This document shows, piece after piece, positions 49,635 through 56,467 of a stretch of DNA of 63,205 nucleotides. The stretch is from a virus (lineage: Duplodnaviria > Caudoviricetes). A program made the position numbers and the translations under genes. The first letter of the stretch is position 1; every line of letters begins with the position of its first letter. The notes below the pieces were generated by a model, which worked only from the letters and a program-made list of their open reading frames with translations, searched no databases and was not told the origin of the DNA. The stretch spans positions 1-63,205 of IMG/VR virus record IMGVR_UViG_3300025118_000012. One strand, written 5' to 3'.

Positions 49635-49658
49635 AATATTTGACATAGATCAAATATT
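49635..49658. promoter_or_regulatory. Palindromic operator over a TTGACA box
   Basis: AATATTTGA-N6-TCAAATATT; TTGACA at 49640-45. Confidence 0.6.
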
Positions 49659-49681
49659 TTTATATTCACAATACATACGTA

Positions 49682-49724
49682 TTCATAAGCCTAAAATGAA
49701 AAGGTGAGGCTTTCAAAACACCTT
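49682..49724 (+). ncRNA. Candidate pseudoknotted leader RNA
   Basis: ttcat/atgaa, aaggtg/cacctt, loop-loop aagcct/aggctt. Confidence 0.45.
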
Positions 49725-49774
49725 ATTTCCAATTAACAACGAACACTAAAATTAACTTTTAAAAAGGAGATTTA

Positions 49775-50017
49775 GTGGGTAAAAAAGCTACAAAAGGTAG
49801 CCCAGAAGCATTAGAACAAGCACTACAAAAGCTTGTAATGTTGTGTCCGAATAAGCAAACTTATGACGAGATGACCAGTTTAATGTTTCAGTTGTACTGT
49901 GGAAATGACTTTGGCTTAGGAAATTTTAGTTTAGCATTTCTTGATAAAATCGAGAAATGTTGGCAATCAGGTAGAAAAAAGGCCGCTTCGGCTAAAGGTT
50001 TAAGACTGGTTGTCTAA
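49775..50017 (+). CDS. Hypothetical protein
   Basis: AAGGAG RBS, GTG start. Confidence 0.7.
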   Translation: MGKKATKGSPEALEQALQKLVMLCPNKQTYDEMTSLMFQLYCGNDFGLGNFSLAFLDKIEKCWQSGRKKAASAKGLRLVV

Positions 50018-50020
50018 AAT

Positions 50021-50074
50021 GTGTAGCCAAGGTGTAATTCCACATCTATATCTTTTCCCACATCTTGGCTATGC
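50021..50074 (+). ncRNA. Stem-loop with loop antisense to translation starts
   Basis: 15-bp stem with three G-U pairs; 24-nt loop aattccacatctatatcttttccc. Confidence 0.55.
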
Positions 50075-50271
50075 TGATGTATTTATTTGATAAAACTTAT
50101 ATAAGAGCCTCAATTAATTTTTGCAAAACTTTGGATGGTCCCGGTCGTGTGGGCTTTATCTCTGAAGTTCTTGAAGATTATTATATTAGCGTAGAAAAGA
50201 AATCTCCAGCACTTGTTCAAAGGAGGTTTCGTGAGTTATACGCCGAACTTATTAAAAATTTTGGGCACTAG
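50065..50271 (+). CDS. Hypothetical protein (start uncertain)
   Basis: 68-aa ORF filling the operon gap. Confidence 0.55.
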   Translation: MAMLMYLFDKTYIRASINFCKTLDGPGRVGFISEVLEDYYISVEKKSPALVQRRFRELYAELIKNFGH

Positions 50272-50641
50272 CATGTCTGCTCAAATTTTAAAAGAAGATA
50301 AATCACCTGAACAGAAATTATTTCAGGCTATAGTCCTCCAGGCGTTTGAAGATGTTTTGACGACTCATGGGAATAAGCAAGATTCTTATCTTAAAAAAGA
50401 TGCTCATGATTGGTTTTTAAATAAAAATAATCGCTTTAATGATATTTGTTGGTATGCAGGTTTTGATCCAGAAATTATAAATGAAAAATATAAAAAATTA
50501 TTAGCTGAAGGTAAAATTAAATTTACTCGACTCCAGGAGGCGTGGATAGAATATAGAAATTTATATAAAAATTATAGAGCTGCTAAAACTTCTGTTGAGA
50601 GAAGAAACATTATGATTAAAATTTGTAGAATAAAAAAATAG
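50213..50641 (+). CDS. Hypothetical protein (true start probably later)
   Basis: EQKLFQAIVLQAFED...DAHDWF...ICWYAGFDP. Confidence 0.7.
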   Translation: MFKGGFVSYTPNLLKILGTSMSAQILKEDKSPEQKLFQAIVLQAFEDVLTTHGNKQDSYLKKDAHDWFLNKNNRFNDICWYAGFDPEIINEKYKKLLAEGKIKFTRLQEAWIEYRNLYKNYRAAKTSVERRNIMIKICRIKK

Positions 50642-50818
50642 TTACCATTTTCTAACGGGACAGTAAGATCTTTCTAATCTTACTTTTAAACGCATTACAC
50701 ATCCACATTTAAGGCATAGACCTATTTTATAAAATGGACAAGTACGGCAGTGGTTGATTCTTTTTTTAATTGTGGAGTGGTTTGCTAGGATAGGTTTTTT
50801 TCGTGGTTTGGTAGTCAT
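50642..50818 (-). CDS. 58-aa Cys-rich protein, DUF6171-like (not in ORF track)
   Basis: RINHCRTCPFYKIGLCLKCGCVMRLKVRLERSYCPVRKW. Confidence 0.75.
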   Translation of the reverse strand: MTTKPRKKPILANHSTIKKRINHCRTCPFYKIGLCLKCGCVMRLKVRLERSYCPVRKW

Positions 50819-50990
50819 GGTGGCCTGAATGTTAATCTAATAAACCGGTGCAATCTTTTTTTAATGTAAGGGACCCTTGGGGGAAGTTCTAAAGAGCTTT
50901 GATGACTAAAAACCCCCAAAGGTTCCGATACTTTTAAGTAAGTGCTAATTAACACATAATAAGTATATCACAACACCGGATACCGGACAA

Positions 50991-51518
50991 TTAATTTGTA
51001 TAGTTGATGTTTAGGACTATCCTACATTTACTGTCTGTGGTATTTGTGCCACAATGTTTCATCTGAGAGTTGAAGGTAATTAATCTATTGGCTTTTGAGT
51101 ATATTTTTGTGCCATCTTCAAATTTTGTATACCCATTATTGGTATTTATATAAAAAGCTGAGGTTTTGCAGTCATCTGGGACATCAACATGTAGATCTGA
51201 TTCATGTAATTTAGCTGAACCAGTAGTCATATTAAGCTTTAATCTATATAATAGTTTGACATTTAATTTTTGCAAAATTGGCTTAACAATATCAAAATAT
51301 CTAGACGCTATTTCTTTATCATCGTAGGTTTTGAATACATGTGTAAATTGGAATGATTCTAAAATAGGATCATCCCATTTGGGATCACCATCTTGATTGT
51401 AATTTATATATTTGTTAAAAAACCACGGAAAATGAGCACCTTCTAGGTCTTCAACCACCACATCAAAGATTCTTTTGTCTAAAAAATTGTCCTCCTGAGT
51501 GTATCCAAGTATTTCCAT
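50991..51518 (-). CDS. 2OG-Fe(II) oxygenase (FPW...NNGYT.FE subfamily)
   Basis: HVD, NNGYTKFE, KHCG, RIVLNIN. Confidence 0.85.
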   Translation of the reverse strand: MEILGYTQEDNFLDKRIFDVVVEDLEGAHFPWFFNKYINYNQDGDPKWDDPILESFQFTHVFKTYDDKEIASRYFDIVKPILQKLNVKLLYRLKLNMTTGSAKLHESDLHVDVPDDCKTSAFYINTNNGYTKFEDGTKIYSKANRLITFNSQMKHCGTNTTDSKCRIVLNINYTN

Positions 51519-51581
51519 AAATTTTACTATATAGATATTCTAGACACCTGACTAATAAAAAGTACCCCAGGGGGTCAAACA

Positions 51582-51687
51582 GGTGTCCCTGGTGTCCCTG
51601 ATACACTATTAATCAATAATATCAATGCTTTTAATCAATTTTAATGGTGTCCCTGTGGTGTCCCCGTGGTGTCCCTAGGGACACCAC
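51582..51687. repeat. Iteron-like GGTGTCCC array, putative replication origin
   Basis: Five direct copies plus one inverted copy around an AT-rich ATCAAT core; 22-bp perfect palindrome 51666-51687. Confidence 0.75.
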
Positions 51688-51760
51688 TCTTGCGGGAACG
51701 CAATCAAAACAATTTCAGGTAGTTACTTTGTGATGAAATAATCTATATAATAAAAAAACT

Positions 51761-52216
51761 ATGATGAAAAAATTAGAAATGTCCAAACTGATATTTAAGA
51801 CCGCTAAAGAGCAGTTTAGAAAACTATATAAAAAACATAAATCTGAGGTGAGGCACACCAAAAAAACAAAAGGGGCTATTCCAACTGTTCCATATCAACT
51901 TAAGAAAGCTGATGTAAAAAGAAAAATAAGAGGAACTAAATTTACTGCTAAAGCTGACATAAAAGCTAAACCAGGTTTAAGACGTAGAATCTTACTTAAA
52001 ATTGAAAGAGATAAGCGAGCTAAAACTAAACATAAAGGTCCTGTTATTTATGGTAAAGGTTGGGCATCCGACAGAGCAGGTAAGACTATGCAAATTCCTG
52101 CAATGACATTTAAAGCTAGAAAGCAAATGAAAAAAGAAATGGCAGTAGCTGCTGAGAAAGGTTATAAGAGAATTAGGTTTAAAAAATTCGGATATAAAAA
52201 AGGTAGTTATGTATAA
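51761..52216 (+). CDS. Highly basic hypothetical protein
   Basis: Lys-rich, ends GYKKGSYV. Confidence 0.65.
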   Translation: MMKKLEMSKLIFKTAKEQFRKLYKKHKSEVRHTKKTKGAIPTVPYQLKKADVKRKIRGTKFTAKADIKAKPGLRRRILLKIERDKRAKTKHKGPVIYGKGWASDRAGKTMQIPAMTFKARKQMKKEMAVAAEKGYKRIRFKKFGYKKGSYV

Positions 52217-52427
52217 AAAAATGTTGTTAGGTGGTTTGTTAACCAAAGGTATTAAAGAAAGTTATAAGGCTTATAGAAAAGCTGGTGGTAGAAGTATTAT
52301 TGAAATTATGAAATCTGGTGTACGAGGTGCTGGTAAAAGAAAAGATGCAAAACTTGATATTAAACATGGTATCAAAGTACATGGTGGTAGACATTTAACA
52401 AAAAGAGATTTGGCAAAATTAAGATAA
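52209..52427 (+). CDS. Basic hypothetical protein
   Basis: MYKKMLLGGLL start; overlaps the previous gene. Confidence 0.65.
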   Translation: MYKKMLLGGLLTKGIKESYKAYRKAGGRSIIEIMKSGVRGAGKRKDAKLDIKHGIKVHGGRHLTKRDLAKLR

Positions 52428-52534
52428 TGTTTTGGGTTTGGCATTTGGTGGCAATTACATCTATAATATCAATTTCATTCATAATAGGATACAGCTATGG
52501 GTCTAAAGAAAAAAGAATTAAGAACAGTAGATGA
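52427..52534 (+). CDS. 35-aa membrane peptide (not in ORF track)
   Basis: TAATG coupling; MFWVWHLVAITSIISISFIIGYSYG. Confidence 0.5.
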   Translation: MFWVWHLVAITSIISISFIIGYSYGSKEKRIKNSR

Positions 52535-53021
52535 TTTAACTCCCAAACAAAGAATGTTTGTGGAAATTTACGTAAAAGACTGGGGAAGCATTACTCAAGC
52601 GGAAGCTTTAAAACGCGCTGGATATGTTTGTAAAAATGAGAATGACTATAGTGCAATCGCTTCTAGATTATTATCCAGAAGATTAAATCCACACGTTGCA
52701 AAATATTTTGATAAACGATTTGAAAAAGAAATAAAAATGTATGAGGGAGATAACCTCAGACGGTTTAAACGATTTGAAAGACTTGCTGATAAAGCTGAGA
52801 ATAAGGAGCAATTTGCTGCTGCTATTAATGCTGAATATAGATCAGGTCAATTAGCGGGTTCTTTTATTGATAGAAAAGAAGTTAGAGTAACCGGACTGGA
52901 GGGTATGTCACGTGAAGAACTTGAAAACAAGTTACAAGAGCTATCGCAGAAGATCGATGGGCATAATGCCAAAACGATCCAAGCTGAGCCCACAGACATT
53001 AAAGAAATTAAAAACAGTTAG
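52497..53021 (+). CDS. terS: Terminase small subunit
   Basis: LTPKQRMFVEIY...ALKRAGY...ASRLL...PHV HTH pattern; AAAINAE..G. Confidence 0.85.
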   Translation: MGLKKKELRTVDDLTPKQRMFVEIYVKDWGSITQAEALKRAGYVCKNENDYSAIASRLLSRRLNPHVAKYFDKRFEKEIKMYEGDNLRRFKRFERLADKAENKEQFAAAINAEYRSGQLAGSFIDRKEVRVTGLEGMSREELENKLQELSQKIDGHNAKTIQAEPTDIKEIKNS

Positions 53022-53104
53022 TTGGTCTGAGTGGATAAAAGTATTCAACAGTGTCCACAACTCAACTATGTTTACCTCCGTAGGAATGGTGAAGGTAGAT
53101 ATTG

Positions 53105-53404
53105 ATGAGACATAAGAAAAAAATTGTAATTAATAAAAAGGCCAAACATTGGAAGGATAGATTTCCTTTGGTAGAGGTTACATGGGTTGATATTTGTAGT
53201 GATTCAGCGTGGCAAAGTATAGATACTTTAAATAAAGCACAACTACCTAATTGTGTGACTAAAGGGCATTTACTAACTCAAAAAAATGGTGTTACTAGGT
53301 TGTTTGGAGACTACTCCGAGAATAAAGAAGGAGAGATTGACGAAATAGGAAATAGTACTATTATTCCCAACAACGTGATTAAAAAAATTCAAAAACTGAT
53401 CTAA
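53105..53404 (+). CDS. Phage hypothetical protein
   Basis: VEVTWVDI...W...CVTKGHL...TIIP. Confidence 0.7.
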   Translation: MRHKKKIVINKKAKHWKDRFPLVEVTWVDICSDSAWQSIDTLNKAQLPNCVTKGHLLTQKNGVTRLFGDYSENKEGEIDEIGNSTIIPNNVIKKIQKLI

Positions 53405-53805
53405 TGCCACGTAGTATAAACCAAGAGAGTTTATTGTGGCAAAGAACTAAAAAAGGACTGACTGATTGTTACTTAACCCGCATAGAAACTAGCACAATCA
53501 ATGGTGTACCTGATATTCATGGAGTACATAAACAAGGTGTTTTTTGGATAGAATTAAAATCAGATCAACTCAATTATCCCAAACTAAATAAGTGGCAGAT
53601 AGTATGGATAAATAAATATATTAAAGCTGGTGGTAAAGTATTTATCTTGAAAGAGACCCTCTCGAAGAGGTCTCTTAGACTGTACAGACCGGTGTCCCGG
53701 TTCACCGAACCTCGGGAACTGAAACCTCGGTTTGAGTTCTCGGTTCCTTTTAAATGGCCGGCGATCCAGGAAGCACTGGTGAGCTCCCTCCAGGAGGCAG
53801 CGTGA
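53404..53805 (+). CDS. VRR-NUC / Holliday junction resolvase-like nuclease
   Basis: ESLLW, RIE, GVPD, FWIELK, QIVW, GGKVFIL. Confidence 0.85.
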   Translation: MPRSINQESLLWQRTKKGLTDCYLTRIETSTINGVPDIHGVHKQGVFWIELKSDQLNYPKLNKWQIVWINKYIKAGGKVFILKETLSKRSLRLYRPVSRFTEPRELKPRFEFSVPFKWPAIQEALVSSLQEAA

Positions 53806-53903
53806 TCTCGTTCTCGTTGGCATTTCTCGTTGACAAACCTCGCTCGTTAAGGAAGACCGGACCATCCAGGCCGTCTTCAGCAGCTGGGTCTGGATCCTGA
53901 AGC

Positions 53904-53971
53904 TCGTGTCGTTTCCCGCCCTCGTTTTATTTCCCTCTTTGTTAGTTTAACGGGGGCAGGTGACGACACGA
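53904..53971 (+). ncRNA. Long stem-loop with anti-Shine-Dalgarno loop
   Basis: 23-position stem (2 mismatches, 2 G-U); loop ttatttccctctttgttagttt. Confidence 0.6.
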
Positions 53972-54002
53972 ATGGGGCAGCGTGAGGCTGTCGTTTTAGC
54001 TA

Positions 54003-54031
54003 TTGACAAATCTCCCATGATATCTTATATA
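54003..54031 (+). promoter_or_regulatory. Sigma70-type promoter with tandem heptamer boxes
   Basis: TTGACA-N17-TATATA; CTCCCAT 54012 and ATCTTAT 54022. Confidence 0.7.
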
Positions 54032-54037
54032 GACAAT

Positions 54038-54243
54038 GCCTCGTTGTGGCTGGTCCATTGGAAAATGATATATGGAAACCAAGATGTAGCCACGGGATCG
54101 CAAAGTCCCTAGGAACCAGACTTTGGACGCAACGTGGAACGAACTGAAGGGAAGAGTAGTTAACTATAAAACAGGGATCTTCTTCATTAGCTTCATTAGG
54201 TGAGGTTAGAGGCGAGCCACTAGGTTAAACGAAGGTGCGCCTC
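54038..54243 (+). ncRNA. Candidate ~200-nt structured non-coding RNA
   Basis: Starts 7 nt after the -10 box, no ORF, at least four helices. Confidence 0.55.
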
Positions 54244-54486
54244 GATCCTCGTTCTCGTTTGAAAATCAATCATCTCGTTCTCGTTTATAAGGATAGCACT
54301 GGGGTCTGCAGCGTACTTCAGCTTCCTTCCCCCCCTGAAGCACAGTACCTTCTCTTCGCTCTCGTTTTTGGTAAGGAAAAAGAAAGGTTTTGTATCTCGT
54401 TTAAGACTGGGATCTCCGGGCACTGGTGGTAATGATGACCATTAGGGTCTCCAGAGCTGCTGGAAAAAAGAATTCAAAAAAAGGAC

Positions 54487-54515
54487 TTGACATTTATCTT
54501 ATCGTGTCTTATGTA
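54487..54515 (+). promoter_or_regulatory. Sigma70-type promoter with tandem heptamer boxes
   Basis: TTGACA-N17-TATGTA; ATCTTAT 54496 and GTCTTAT 54506. Confidence 0.7.
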
Positions 54516-54605
54516 ATGTCTGGCCTGTAACGCTGGCACATTAACAAGTCGCCTATGTAACAAACGAAAGGGTGGTGCAGGCTTAACTAACAAAAGGAGG
54601 AAAAG

Positions 54606-54791
54606 ATGAAGAATAAAGAATATCAAAAAGAGTTAGATGAAGCCATTCAGGAAACGGTACCACATAATGATATTGCGGAAGCTAACAACATACCACAAGC
54701 TGGTAAGGTTTATGCGTTAACCGGTGGCACCGGATCCAAATGCATTGCCAATGGAAATACATGGAAAGAGTCGGAGGTAAAAGATGGCTAG
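54606..54791 (+). CDS. Early-region hypothetical protein
   Basis: AGGAGG RBS; GKVYALTGG...CIANGNTW. Confidence 0.75.
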   Translation: MKNKEYQKELDEAIQETVPHNDIAEANNIPQAGKVYALTGGTGSKCIANGNTWKESEVKDG

Positions 54792-55293
54792 ACATTTAAT
54801 GACAAAGCAAAAACAATTGCTCGACAAACATAGATGGTGTAAAAAATGGCAGGATCTCCCGGACGAGGTTTACTTCTCGCTCGAACAACTCAATGATTTT
54901 GAAACCATTCAACATCACATTGATGACCACCTGCAGCGTAACTTCGATGCCGATGCCGTGAAGCCTGAAGAGGCAAAGCACATTTCGCACTGGTTGCAGC
55001 TCGGTGAGAAGGATGATCAGTTTCTCATCAAAGATATAGCTAAACACGGCTGCGCCGGTGGCGTGCCAGGACTAGTCTACTATCGTGAGACAGGGTCGTT
55101 TTACAATGATTTCCATCTGGAGATCTGGCTAATGATTGGGGATTACGCAGCGGACGCTGGGCAGAAGACTGGTCACTTTTTAGGGGCTATCGTGAAGGAT
55201 GCCTCGTCTCGTGCTCAGTTCAAGAATGCATTGGTTTGGTGGGCCGTTGAGGTACGAGCCCAGGAGCTGCTGGAGAAAAGGAATGCCGCTTGA
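54784..55293 (+). CDS. Early-region hypothetical protein
   Basis: GGAGG RBS; DIAKHGCAGGVPGLVYYRETGSFY; LVWWAVE. Confidence 0.75.
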   Translation: MARHLMTKQKQLLDKHRWCKKWQDLPDEVYFSLEQLNDFETIQHHIDDHLQRNFDADAVKPEEAKHISHWLQLGEKDDQFLIKDIAKHGCAGGVPGLVYYRETGSFYNDFHLEIWLMIGDYAADAGQKTGHFLGAIVKDASSRAQFKNALVWWAVEVRAQELLEKRNAA

Positions 55294-55391
55294 CAATTGC
55301 CTCTATCTACATACTATTGCTCTTACTATGGCCTGAAGGGATGTTAGTCATTACTGGCATCCTAATTCTCGTTTTGACTGGAATGTTCTAG
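55290..55391 (+). CDS. 33-aa hydrophobic peptide (TTG start, not in ORF track)
   Basis: LTIASIYILLLLLWPEGMLVITGILILVLTGMF; overlaps the previous stop. Confidence 0.45.
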   Translation: MTIASIYILLLLLWPEGMLVITGILILVLTGMF

Positions 55392-55666
55392 CTCGTTCTC
55401 GTTTAAGAAAGAACTGGGACCAGCTGCCCGTACTCAAAGGACGGGGATCTGCAGCACACACAGTACCTTCTCCTCGCTCGTTTGATAAGGAAATGCTAAT
55501 GGGACTAGACTTTAATGAGCTTCCCCCCTCCAGTAGCGTAGCTGATGGCAGATGTCGCTCGTTGGGTAAAGAAATTGTTTAGTTTAGAATAGTTCTAAAG
55601 AGTTCCCGCGCCTCCAGTTCTTCCCTGACGCTTCAGATGTCCATGCACTTGTGCATGAATTAATGC

Positions 55667-55720
55667 TTGCACTACTGCATGGGATTTGATAAGAGTTGTC
55701 AACGACACTTATGTCGTTGA
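55667..55720 (+). promoter_or_regulatory. Promoter with tandem boxes and 5' hairpin
   Basis: TTGCAC-N17-TAAGAG; ATGGGAT 55679 and ATAAGAG 55689; tcaacgaca/tgtcgttga hairpin. Confidence 0.6.
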
Positions 55721-55745
55721 AAAAAACTAAACAAGGAGAAAAGTT

Positions 55746-56153
55746 ATGGGACTAGATATGTATGCTTATCGTCATAAAGGCGAGATGCTAACAGACGAAG
55801 ATAGAAAAAAACAAGACGAGTTGCCAGAAGATAGAAAGCCAATTCAATTTGCCGATTGGAGAAAGCACAACAGACTACAAGGTTTTATGCAAGAACTTTG
55901 GGATAAGCAAACAGGATACACAGGTGATTTTAATTGTACACCTCTCTATCTCGGTAAAGAAGAGTTTGACATGTTAGAGAAACAAATTGAAACTCGCACA
56001 CTTCCACAAACAGGTGGATTCTTCTTTGGTCAAGACAGCTACACTTGGGAAGGTGAGCAGGAAGATATGAAAGCCTACGATTTAAAATTTTGTAAGGAAG
56101 CAAAACAATGGATAGAGAAAGGATACAAAGTATTTTATGAGTGTTGGTGGTAA
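55746..56153 (+). CDS. Phage protein of the MGLD...WRK...GFFFG type, function unknown
   Basis: MGLDMY, WRKHNRLQ, GFFFG, YECWW; AAGGAG RBS. Confidence 0.8.
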   Translation: MGLDMYAYRHKGEMLTDEDRKKQDELPEDRKPIQFADWRKHNRLQGFMQELWDKQTGYTGDFNCTPLYLGKEEFDMLEKQIETRTLPQTGGFFFGQDSYTWEGEQEDMKAYDLKFCKEAKQWIEKGYKVFYECWW

Positions 56154-56382
56154 AGATAAAAAGAGCGAGACGACTGATGTCGTCTCGTTTCGCTCGGAGT
56201 TAGAGTGTCGTAAGGAACAAAGAGAAAAAGATGCACGACTGCACCAAGACCAAGCAACTAAGCAAGTTGAGAAATTAGTTAAAGAATTAGAAGCTGTAAT
56301 GGGTGAGGGTGTACAACTAGAAGTTGAGCCAAATGTTAGTAGTTTTATTGATAAACCTATTGAGAAAAAAAAGTTAAATTAA
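56137..56382 (+). CDS. Hypothetical protein
   Basis: Overlaps the previous gene; charged helical sequence. Confidence 0.55.
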   Translation: MSVGGKDKKSETTDVVSFRSELECRKEQREKDARLHQDQATKQVEKLVKELEAVMGEGVQLEVEPNVSSFIDKPIEKKKLN

Positions 56383-56395
56383 TTGAAAATAACTC

Positions 56396-56446
56396 TTGTA
56401 ATAAGATTTGATAAGATATAAAAGAGTTGGGCAATCATAAGATTGT
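56396..56446 (+). promoter_or_regulatory. Promoter with tandem ATAAGAT boxes
   Basis: ATAAGAT at 56401, 56411 and 56437; TTGTAA 56396; TGnTAAGAT extended -10. Confidence 0.6.
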
Positions 56447-56467
56447 AAACTTAACAAAGAGGTCAAT

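Larger units (their letters stand above)
53807..55563 (+). repeat. Dispersed one-strand CTCGTT array in a GC-rich island
   Basis: 17 copies counted by eye between 53807 and 55563. Confidence 0.85.

Noticed and set aside
49700-49774. SAM-V/SAM-II riboswitch suggested by cactaaaa before the RBS
   Set aside because: The UUUGAAC/UUUAAC-type loop is absent and the downstream gene has no evident link to sulfur metabolism.
50941-50972. dif-like XerCD site
   Set aside because: Only a loose match to one arm and no XerC arm at the right spacing.
54038-54243. tRNA, tmRNA or hammerhead ribozyme
   Set aside because: No T-loop GTTCRA cloverleaf, no tag ORF recognised, and CTGAAGG does not fit the CUGANGA core.
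54220-54432. ORFs 54220..54423 (-) and 54235..54432 (+)
   Set aside because: They run through the repeat array without RBS or protein-like features.
54523-54582. Twister ribozyme suggested by UAAC, CAAG and AGGG
   Set aside because: I could not build the required P2/P4 helices and both pseudoknots.
53807-55563. CRISPR array or mini-array
   Set aside because: Repeats are 6-14 bp, irregularly spaced, with no constant repeat-spacer period; the Cas4-like exonuclease at 36173 is a common stand-alone phage gene.
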